A stretch of 64,000 nt of DNA from positions 7,056,275 through 7,120,274 of the forward strand of contig NC_134032.1 in NCBI RefSeq assembly GCF_964204645.1. Reading direction: 5' to 3'. Position numbers and translations under genes: made by a program. The DNA is from Tubulanus polymorphus. Taxonomy: Eukaryota > Animalia > Nemertea. Below, piece by piece: positions 35,867-44,816 of the stretch (positions are counted from its first letter, which is position 1; each line of letters starts with the position of its first letter). The notes under the pieces were generated by a model, which was given only the letters and a program-made list of their open reading frames with translations, had not been told where the DNA came from and did no database searches.

Positions 35867-36994
35867 TTATATATTTTTAATTTTATTTGATAATATCCAT
35901 TCATTGAATTTATCTGGCCATCCAACCCATTTTACTAAAGAATATTTTTTTCTTTTAATAGTTTTTGTTTTTAATACTTTTTCAATTTTATATTCTTGTT
36001 CTAGATTTTCAGTAGTTAAACTTAATTCTTCTTCGTAAAAGTAGCCATCAACTTCTTCACCATCTAAATCTTCTAATTTATAGACATATGGTTTTGTTGT
36101 TATTACCTTTTTTATTTTATATATTTCTCTAGTAAAATTTCGATCGTATCCTTTATCAAATATCTTTTTATACTTAGAAATTCTAACATTTTGACCAACT
36201 TTAAATTTAGGTTCACCAAAATCATCTATAAGAAATGCTCCATATAAATTATTCCAAACAATTTCAGCATTTTCAGGTTTTCTAGCATCAATAGGTTTCA
36301 TTCCAATAGAAGAATGATAAGAATTATTATATCCTTCTATCAATTTTGGTAAAACATCAATCCATTTAAAAGTATTATTTGCTGTAAAATATTTCCACAT
36401 TCTTGTTCTTAATGTTCTATTAAATCGTTCAACAACTGCTGCTTTTTTATCTGATTTTGTTGAAAAATATTTAATATTATGATTATCTAAGAGTTCATGA
36501 ACAAGTGAATTATCAAATTCTTTTCCATCATCAAATTGTATTTTTTCTGGTTTTAGTTTATCATCCGAAAGAAATTTTCTTAAAACATTTGATGTTTGTA
36601 CAGCATCTTTTCTATAAAGTGGGAAGCTCCATATATAACGACTAAAAATATCAATTATATTCAATAACCACCAATAATCATCATTATCTTTCTTAACATT
36701 TTTCATATCAATTAAATCTCCTTGCCACTGTTGATCTACATAACTTACCATAGTTTTACGAGTTTCATATTTTCTAACAATTTTTTTATGTGTTGTATAT
36801 GTTGGTTGTTCTAACATAAATTCATTTATATCTTTGTATTTAACTAAATTTTGTGGGATTATCTTATCTAATTTATCTTGTTTTACTTGACGCCATATAA
36901 GTTTGGTAGAAGAATAAGCAACCGAACTCTCAGGGTTGTAATATAAATTTCTTAAATATTGTTCTTTAGTATTAGGAGTTTTTTTACCACTCAT
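35867..36994 (-). CDS. Retroviral-like (rve) integrase with C-terminal chromodomain
   Basis: DDE triad QGDLID / QFDDGKEF / VVERFNRT; chromodomain YKIEKVL...LVKWVGWPDKFNEWI. Confidence 0.96.
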   Translation of the reverse strand: MSGKKTPNTKEQYLRNLYYNPESSVAYSSTKLIWRQVKQDKLDKIIPQNLVKYKDINEFMLEQPTYTTHKKIVRKYETRKTMVSYVDQQWQGDLIDMKNVKKDNDDYWWLLNIIDIFSRYIWSFPLYRKDAVQTSNVLRKFLSDDKLKPEKIQFDDGKEFDNSLVHELLDNHNIKYFSTKSDKKAAVVERFNRTLRTRMWKYFTANNTFKWIDVLPKLIEGYNNSYHSSIGMKPIDARKPENAEIVWNNLYGAFLIDDFGEPKFKVGQNVRISKYKKIFDKGYDRNFTREIYKIKKVITTKPYVYKLEDLDGEEVDGYFYEEELSLTTENLEQEYKIEKVLKTKTIKRKKYSLVKWVGWPDKFNEWILSNKIKNI

Positions 36995-37024
36995 TTATAT
37001 ATCCTTAATTTTAACTTTATATTT

Positions 37025-38270
37025 CTAATATTGAATACTATCTAATTGTGAATTTACAATATTTAATTGTGCGTCAGATATAATATAAATATGCATTTTA
37101 AAATTTTTGATTCCTTTATTCTTTTTCATAAATAATTGTATTCCATCTTTAGTGTTTTGTAGTTTTTTTCCAGAACCATGTAATGAATTATCCTCTGTTG
37201 TTCTAAAATCTAACCATAATGCATATTTATTACCGGTATAATAATCAATTTGATTAATGTTACAATTTTCAAATGATTTTATTTTTTCATTCATAAAATG
37301 TTTTTTAATTTCTACCCATTGATCTATCATTCTCATTCCTTGACAAAATATTTTATTCGCTATTCCTTCGATAGTTATTTCTACTTTTGTTATTTCAGGA
37401 TTATAATAATTGTCAACATTTATTGCGCCATTAGTATACGTTCCAATAGTAAAAAATATTAATATACCTTTAATAGATCTTCTAGGAAAGTTAATATTCT
37501 CATTTATTATTTCATCATTTGCATTAATAGTTACAGTTTTAAATTTATCAATATAATCATATAATAATGAAAATCCTTGATTGTATTGAGTTTGAATTAT
37601 ACTTGAAATATTTTCATCAGTTACTGTATCATATTCTAAACATATATTCGATAATTTATAACTCATATCTTTATTAACGCTAGATAATACAATTTCATTT
37701 ACAGGAGCAAATGTTATCTCAAATATAATATCTTCTTGAATTGCGTATTTATATAAAGGTGCATTATTATTTATCAATTCAAAGTCTAATGGAATTTTAT
37801 ATTTGCTTCCATATATACTTTTTATCAATTTATCTACATCATTTGTTAATATTGCGCTATTAGCTTCTGATCTTAATTTATTTTGGTTTTCTGATTGAAT
37901 TCCTTGAAATATCATATTATTTCTATTTTCTTTAGTTAACCATAAATCTTTATAATGCATAAATAAATTATAATCATCTAATGAGAACTGTTTCCGGACC
38001 AATCTTTATTGTTAACTTTTTAATCAAATATCTTCCAACATTATCAACAACATAATTATTATTATTACCGATTACTTTTATATCGGCTGATAAATAAATA
38101 CTATTTGGAACATAAAAAGTATTTTGTGTTAATCTAGGAATTCTAACATATAAAGTTTCATCGGGATTAATATTTGAAGGGTTATGAGTAATTATATGAT
38201 GTGATCTTTCTGCTTTAATAGCATTAGATATTCTATGATTCTTCAAAGGACTTATATAACTCCCACTCAT
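37025..38270 (-). pseudogene. Major capsid protein (double jelly-roll), frameshift near 37985
   Basis: 98-aa and 325-aa ORFs join into a ~415-aa beta-rich protein adjacent to integrase and ATPase; only MCP-sized candidate in a complete element. Confidence 0.75.
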
Positions 38271-38294
38271 TTATTTAACAAAAAAATTAATTAT

Positions 38295-39731
38295 TTATTT
38301 TTTGATATTTTTTGATATCATGTTTACTAACCCAAAAATAATAGCACTTACAACTGTGATTAAAAATAAAATAATATGTTCAGCAGCAAAGTTAATAATG
38401 TTTCCTGCAGATTTCAATATAAAACCAACAATTGAAGCAATAACTCCTGGTAGTGCTGCAGCAGATTTTTTAGATAGTTCCCATAAATATTTTGCTAATT
38501 TCTTTAAACCATCCTTAACTTTATCTTGTATAGAATTATTGCCTGGAGGTTTATCTGGTTTATTGGGAGTGGGAGTAGATTTTAAAGCATTTGATATAGC
38601 TAAACCAATTGTTGTAAATAACATAGTTACAGCTGTTAGAATTGAAAGAATTGTTATTCCTTCTAATTTAAATAATAATCTTATTCTGTCTTTTAGTGAT
38701 ATTTCAGAATTTGGTTTAATCAACAAATCTTTAAAAATAACTTTTAATCTATTAATATTATAATCATATGATTTTAACAATAATTTAATTTCTTCTTTTT
38801 GTAATTCTATGTTATATTCTAAATCATCTTTTTCTTTTTCTAAACGTAATTCTTTTTGCCTATATTCTATTTCATCAATTACTTGATGATCTAAATCGGA
38901 CTTTAATTGTTCTATTTCTTTATTTTTATCAGTTAATTCTTTTTCTAAAGTTCTAATTTTAAAATCTCTTATACTTTTATTATGTGCAATTTTATCAGAT
39001 GCAAGTCTTATACTAATAATTTCTCTAATTGCTTTATCAGAAAATATATCTAAATCTTCTAATTCTTGATCTGTTGCATCAAGTAACCCATTCGGTAAAA
39101 GTTTTTCAATTGGAACTTTATTTGATTTAAGTTTACTATTTTTGGAAGTTATATTCTGTTCAGAAGTTGTTTCTGTTTCTGATTTCTTTTTGATTATTTC
39201 AAATAATTCATTAATTCTTTGTTTAAATACATCTATATTATCATCTATTTCTTTTTGTGTAACATCAGTTATTTCATTACTATTGCTTATTATTTTAATT
39301 CTATCTGGTTTTAATTTTTCTAAAGTTGATTCTGATAATATTTTATTTTTATTATTTTTATAAGTGATATCAATATAATAATCACCTTTCAAACGATAAT
39401 AACATTTACCATTATCTAAAAATTTTAATTGATCTGCTAAAAGTCCAACGTCTTCATCATTTATGTTAAAATTAGATTTTTCAATTAAATCTTCTAATTT
39501 AGGTATTTTGTTTAAATTATCTAAATCTTGTTTTACTAAATCTGGGTCTAAATTTTCAGGATTTAATTGTGATTCAGCATTTTTAATATAATCAGGCATA
39601 TTCAAATTATTATTATATTCTGGCTCGGTACCATCATTAAAACTTGTTTCATCAAAATCAGGTGGTTGTTCATCAGTTATACCAGGTTCATCAAAAGGAT
39701 CCATTCTAATATCTCCACCTTCTACATCCAT
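38295..39731 (-). CDS. 478-aa acidic/coiled-coil protein with C-terminal hydrophobic helices
   Basis: Long heptad region, then GITILSILTAVTMLFTTIGLAI, an amphipathic helix and IILFLITVVSAIIFGLV. Confidence 0.8.
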   Translation of the reverse strand: MDVEGGDIRMDPFDEPGITDEQPPDFDETSFNDGTEPEYNNNLNMPDYIKNAESQLNPENLDPDLVKQDLDNLNKIPKLEDLIEKSNFNINDEDVGLLADQLKFLDNGKCYYRLKGDYYIDITYKNNKNKILSESTLEKLKPDRIKIISNSNEITDVTQKEIDDNIDVFKQRINELFEIIKKKSETETTSEQNITSKNSKLKSNKVPIEKLLPNGLLDATDQELEDLDIFSDKAIREIISIRLASDKIAHNKSIRDFKIRTLEKELTDKNKEIEQLKSDLDHQVIDEIEYRQKELRLEKEKDDLEYNIELQKEEIKLLLKSYDYNINRLKVIFKDLLIKPNSEISLKDRIRLLFKLEGITILSILTAVTMLFTTIGLAISNALKSTPTPNKPDKPPGNNSIQDKVKDGLKKLAKYLWELSKKSAAALPGVIASIVGFILKSAGNIINFAAEHIILFLITVVSAIIFGLVNMISKNIKK

Positions 39732-39748
39732 TTATATAATAAAAAAAA

Positions 39749-41164
39749 TTAAAATTTAAAATATAATATTCCTCCGATTATAATTCCTATACAAGTTATA
39801 GCTAATTTAGTATTTTCATGTGATTTATTATCATCATTTAGTTTAATTATATCATGTTGAATATTATCAGTTCTATTATCACCGTGTGGGTGCCGTACGG
39901 CACCATTTTCTGATGTATTATAATCTTTTATTTTAGAATCATTATTTAATTTAATATTCTTAGTTTTAGTTTCTGTTGATTGAATATGTTTTTTATTTTT
40001 TTCACCTTCCATTAATTTTGGAGCAGTAATAATCTTTTTATTTATATCATTTAATCCAAATGAATTATTTATTGTCGCAGTTTTAATTAGATTATTATAA
40101 CCAATTATATTTCCCATCTTTAATACTAAATCATTAGAAATAATTAATAGATTAGGGCCTATACAATAATTAAGTCTTACATGAGATTTATCTAAATAAT
40201 TTTGATATCTTATAATGTTTTCTGGAATCGATCTATTTTTATCATTATGAATTGAATCTTCAAATAAAACTTTAAATTGTTTTTGTGTATCGAATGATGT
40301 ATTCAAATTTCCAATTATCGGTGATCTTGTTTCAACTTGTGATCCTAGAATACAAATCAAATAAGTTCTAATAGATTGATTTATTCTTTCTATACCTGAT
40401 TTAGTAAAACCTTCACTATTTTCTAAAATAAAATAAACCCAACCATTATTGTTTTCTTGTTTTAAATTATCATAAAATTTTGGTAATTTATTGAAATTTA
40501 ATGTTTCTAAATCCTTTGTTTCTATTTTACCATAACCTAATTTTTTATTATAGATATTATAAAAGCTATTAGATGGTATGGGAAGTGCACAATATTCTGC
40601 AATCTTTCTAGGGCAAGGAAGTGATCTTATTGTTCCAATTTTTATTCTAAAATCAGAATTATTTATATCTATATTAAATTCATTGCAAATTTTATAAAAC
40701 TTTGATAAATTAATATTATTATCTAATTCTTTAAAATATCTAGATCCTGGTAAAGCGCACTCTAATTCATTTAATATTATTCTGATTTGAAAGTATGTAT
40801 GAAATCTAAATAAACTTTGAATTAATTTATATTAAGAATTATTCAAATGATCATTCCAACTAATTCCACATCCTGTTGTTGCACAATAAACAGCAAAATT
40901 TAATTGGTTCTGCCAATACTTCATATTAGATTTTAATAACCATTGTTTTTCATCTTTCAATTTTTCAAAATCAATTAAATATACATGAAATATATTTTCC
41001 ATCTTTGCATTAAAATTATTAGTTTCAGTAACATAAATATATAAATCAATTAATGAATCTAAAACTTCATTTCTATATGTAATATCTTTATTAAAATCTA
41101 TTGCTGGAATATTATATTTAATTGATTTATTATATTGGAAAGTTTTTGGAAAACTATCTGCCAT
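39749..41164 (-). pseudogene. Conserved Polinton protein with C-terminal TM, nonsense at 40832-40834
   Basis: Colinear with 611-2044; A reads AAA where B has TAA. Confidence 0.8.
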
Positions 41165-41204
41165 TTATATAACTAAAAAATTAATAATTTATTAATTCTT
41201 TTAA

Positions 41205-41606
41205 TTATTTATCTTGTTCTTCAACTGTTATATGACCATTTAAACTTATTATATAATCTAGTGTATTCTTTAATTTATTAATTTCTTTTATATTAGTTTT
41301 GATTTTTTCTTTATTACTTTTTATATTTAATTTTGAACTTATACCAGTTAAAACACTTGAACTTAATCCTAACACACCAATTGATATAGCTAATGGACTG
41401 AATATTGCTAGAAATGTTATTACAGAACTAATTGTAACCGAACCACTGATAATCAAATAATATATAATTTTACTTTTTAAATATTTTTTCTTTTTTATCT
41501 TTAAGTCACTTTCAAATTCTAATATTTGTTTTTCTAAATATGTTTTTAATTTAGTTTTATTTATATCATGAGGAATAATATCAATACTATCAACTTTATC
41601 TTCCAT
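41205..41606 (-). CDS. Two-TM protein, slightly truncated by nonsense codon
   Basis: Homolog of 2062..2496. Confidence 0.75.
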   Translation of the reverse strand: MEDKVDSIDIIPHDINKTKLKTYLEKQILEFESDLKIKKKKYLKSKIIYYLIISGSVTISSVITFLAIFSPLAISIGVLGLSSSVLTGISSKLNIKSNKEKIKTNIKEINKLKNTLDYIISLNGHITVEEQDK

Positions 41607-41625
41607 TTATTTAGCAAAAAAATTA

Positions 41626-42048
41626 CTAATTAGTAAACTTATGAGCAACAAATATAACAATAACAGTTCCGCCTAAAATCCATATTATTTCATATTTCTG
41701 TTGTTCTTTACTCGGGGTATAATAATCTGATAATTTAGGTTTGTATAGATGTAATTTTTCTTTATTTGTTACTGCGTTATATAAACTCATTGCATCATCA
41801 ACTGATTGAAAATCTCTATGTGAAATCTTCTGATCATATAATTCTTTGTTAATATAATCCATATAGTTTTGTCTCTTTTCTCTATATTCTTCTGCATCTT
41901 TATTATATTTCTCTAACGCTAAATTATGTCTTCTTTGTTCTCCTAATGAACTATTTTTATCAATATGTTTAAATAAATAACCACCACCAGTAAATGCTAA
42001 AGCGTTAACAATTGCCGATCCTATAATAGTTATAATTGCAGAAGCCAT
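41626..42048 (-). CDS. 140-aa putative membrane-active protein (PW-like)
   Basis: Homolog of 2516..2938. Confidence 0.55.
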   Translation of the reverse strand: MASAIITIIGSAIVNALAFTGGGYLFKHIDKNSSLGEQRRHNLALEKYNKDAEEYREKRQNYMDYINKELYDQKISHRDFQSVDDAMSLYNAVTNKEKLHLYKPKLSDYYTPSKEQQKYEIIWILGGTVIVIFVAHKFTN

Positions 42049-42073
42049 TTATTTAGCAAAAAAAATTATGCAT

Positions 42074-42295
42074 TTATATGGGAGGAATATATTTTTGTTT
42101 TTCCAAATAATCAATAGTTAAATTAGATAAAGTAACTGCTAACGTTAATTTCAAAATATCATTGATATCAAATCTATCAACATTAACACTTCCCATTTTG
42201 AATACTTTTTTTAATACCATTGAATAACCAACAGTTCCAACTGATAGTAATGCGCCATTATATAATCCAGTTATTATCCACTTATTATCACTCAT
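42074..42295 (-). CDS. 73-aa hydrophobic protein
   Basis: Identical to 2963..3184 protein. Confidence 0.75.
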   Translation of the reverse strand: MSDNKWIITGLYNGALLSVGTVGYSMVLKKVFKMGSVNVDRFDINDILKLTLAVTLSNLTIDYLEKQKYIPPI

Positions 42296-42298
42296 TTA

Positions 42299-42643
42299 TT
42301 AATCAAAAAAATTACTATCTTCAAAATATTTAGTTATCTTAGTGATGATTAATTCAACATTTATTTCATTACTAGTTTTATGATTATCATATATTTCGGT
42401 TAATATGTTTTTAATATCATCGATGATAAAATCTTCATCTAATTCATAAAATCTTAAAGACTCGGTAATCTTTTCTACATTAAAAGTTTCTTTATCAATT
42501 GTTGTTTCATACTCAAATGTTGTTTCATTAGAAAATGCAATATTTTTGATATGTGTAATTACATCATTAATGTTAAATTTCATTTCTTTACAATGTTTAA
42601 AATCAAATCCAAAACATATACTCGGTCCAACAGTTATATTCAT
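42299..42643 (-). CDS. 114-aa hypothetical protein
   Basis: Homolog of 3185..3526. Confidence 0.7.
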   Translation of the reverse strand: MNITVGPSICFGFDFKHCKEMKFNINDVITHIKNIAFSNETTFEYETTIDKETFNVEKITESLRFYELDEDFIIDDIKNILTEIYDNHKTSNEINVELIITKITKYFEDSNFFD

Positions 42644-42659
42644 TTATATAATGAAAAAA

Positions 42660-43457
42660 TTACTCTCTACATCTTATAACTAATTCATATATCACAGGAA
42701 AGTTATTTAAATCAATTAAGTATCCATTATGATTTCTAATTTCTAATCTAAAATTATTAAATTGAGGAATACAAGGTTTGAAATCACATTCAGCTAAATT
42801 ATAATTTATTTGCGTTCCAAATTGTTTAACATTCTTCAATGGTAAAATGTTTAATATACTAGAATTACATGTTGTATCTTTAGTTGCTTCGAATGTTTTT
42901 GTAGGATCGATTAAATTGCAATAAATATAAAAGTGTGTAAAAGGTATTATATTTGAGTTACCATGTTTGTTTCCACCAAATTGATTTGGAGTAATTCCTA
43001 ATAGTTTAGCTATAGGTTTTTTTACTGTGTAAGTATGTCTTCTTGTCATCAATGGATCAGATTTAACAAGTTTAATAAGTTCATCATCAAGCTTTATTTT
43101 AATTTTATTAGAGCTCTCACTTTTTATGAATTTAATATTAAATTTGGAATTACCATTACCTAATCTAATCCGAGCTTTTCTATTAATTTCTTGCGCTAAT
43201 GTTTCTAAATTATATAATCCTGGTGTAAGCATAAGTTGAATCCATTTTTTTTCAAGTTTATCAAAAATAAGAAGGCTTCTATGTTCATCAGTTTTATCCG
43301 ATATATTATAAAAAGAATTACATAAACTTATATTTACTAATTTTAAATCTACACAATTCTTAAATTCTCTATCTAATTGTACTAATAAATTATGAGATTT
43401 ATAATTTATAAGTTTTCTAGAATCAACAAATATTCTGTATTCTTTTAATTCTACCAT
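42660..43457 (-). CDS. Minor capsid protein (penton)
   Basis: Homolog of 3544..4305. Confidence 0.75.
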   Translation of the reverse strand: MVELKEYRIFVDSRKLINYKSHNLLVQLDREFKNCVDLKLVNISLCNSFYNISDKTDEHRSLLIFDKLEKKWIQLMLTPGLYNLETLAQEINRKARIRLGNGNSKFNIKFIKSESSNKIKIKLDDELIKLVKSDPLMTRRHTYTVKKPIAKLLGITPNQFGGNKHGNSNIIPFTHFYIYCNLIDPTKTFEATKDTTCNSSILNILPLKNVKQFGTQINYNLAECDFKPCIPQFNNFRLEIRNHNGYLIDLNNFPVIYELVIRCRE

Positions 43458-43514
43458 TATTTATAACATAAAAAAATTACACTCATCACCACAAGTAATT
43501 TTTTCCCCTAATAA

Positions 43515-44816
43515 ATGGATGAGAAGATAGCATGCGAAATTTGTGGTGAACTTATCAGAAAGAGTAATATGGCTCGACATATGAAAAAACATGATGAAAA
43601 TTATAAACCCCCTAAACAAAACTGTCCAAAATGTAATAAATTATTCTCAAGAAATTATGTTAAAAAACATTCAGAGAAGTGTAGAATTAATGGCGCAACG
43701 GCTAATGTTGATAGTAATTCTGCTGAAGTTGAACCTGAAGTTATTTGGAAAAGACCTTTCTTATTCTATGATAAGGATAATATAAAAGATCATTTCTGTG
43801 AGCCTTGTCAAGTAAAATATAACCCCGAAAATATAGAAGATTGGGAGAATCATCAATTTCGTAAAGCACATATAGATAAAATTTCTAATAAATTTGAAAC
43901 TGAATTCAATGAAAGAAAAAATAATTTATTAGAAAAAATAAAATATGAGAAAACGTTACTAGATAATAAAGAAACAGTTGAAAAGTTAGAAAAACAATAT
44001 AATGAATTAACAAGAAAAACATATTATTGTAAATATTGTAAATTGATTATTACAACAAGTAATTCAAATCTACATAATAGAACAATAAAACATAAAGAAA
44101 ACGTAAGAAAATACCAAGAGCTTAATGAAGATCTATTACCAATATATTATAAACAAAAATGCCCACAATGTATTTATGCGACCTTAAGACAAGAAGGTAC
44201 TATGTTATTTTGTGTTGAATGTGGATGGCAAAAGAATTTATGGGGTGAAGAAAAAACTAGAGATTTTCTCATAGAACCAAAATTAAATTATCTAGATGAA
44301 ATTTTTAAAATATTTTCTATAGAAGATCATACACCAGAATATATGCAATGGCTTGAAAAAATGAAAATAATAGAAAATAAAAATGGTGAAATAACTAAAA
44401 AAGATATTATAAAAACAATTATTCCACCAACATTTAACACAAAACAAAAGAAAATGTATTTATATTTATTATTTAACGATTATTATGAAAAACCTAAATT
44501 AACAGAAGAAGATATGGAAAATATTAAAAAAATATTCAAACAAATATTAATGTATCATTTGGAAAATAGAATAACAGATTCAATAAATTATGAATTCTTT
44601 TTAAATAAGATTGTAAATTATTTAAACATAGATATTATAATTCCATTTGACGAATTAACAAACAAAAAGAAACAAAGAGAGCGAGATGAAATGTGGAACA
44701 AGATAGAAATTTATTTAAATGAGAAAAATGGAATTGAAGAAGAACCTGAACAATTAAATGAAAATGAAGAAGCCAATAGTGATTTCGAGTTTGATGATAT
44801 TGATTTTATGTTTTAA
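43515..44816 (+). CDS. 433-aa multi-zinc-finger protein
   Basis: CEIC..H..H, CPKC..H..C, CEPC..H..H, CKYC..H..H and CPQC..CVEC clusters; acidic tail. Confidence 0.8.
   Translation: MDEKIACEICGELIRKSNMARHMKKHDENYKPPKQNCPKCNKLFSRNYVKKHSEKCRINGATANVDSNSAEVEPEVIWKRPFLFYDKDNIKDHFCEPCQVKYNPENIEDWENHQFRKAHIDKISNKFETEFNERKNNLLEKIKYEKTLLDNKETVEKLEKQYNELTRKTYYCKYCKLIITTSNSNLHNRTIKHKENVRKYQELNEDLLPIYYKQKCPQCIYATLRQEGTMLFCVECGWQKNLWGEEKTRDFLIEPKLNYLDEIFKIFSIEDHTPEYMQWLEKMKIIENKNGEITKKDIIKTIIPPTFNTKQKKMYLYLLFNDYYEKPKLTEEDMENIKKIFKQILMYHLENRITDSINYEFFLNKIVNYLNIDIIIPFDELTNKKKQRERDEMWNKIEIYLNEKNGIEEEPEQLNENEEANSDFEFDDIDFMF

Noticed and set aside
38302-39363. Plus-strand ORFs antisense to Polinton genes (also 26..244, 2144..2350, 34180..34368, 46179..46442, 47120..47311)
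   Set aside because: Shadow ORFs opposite well-supported genes
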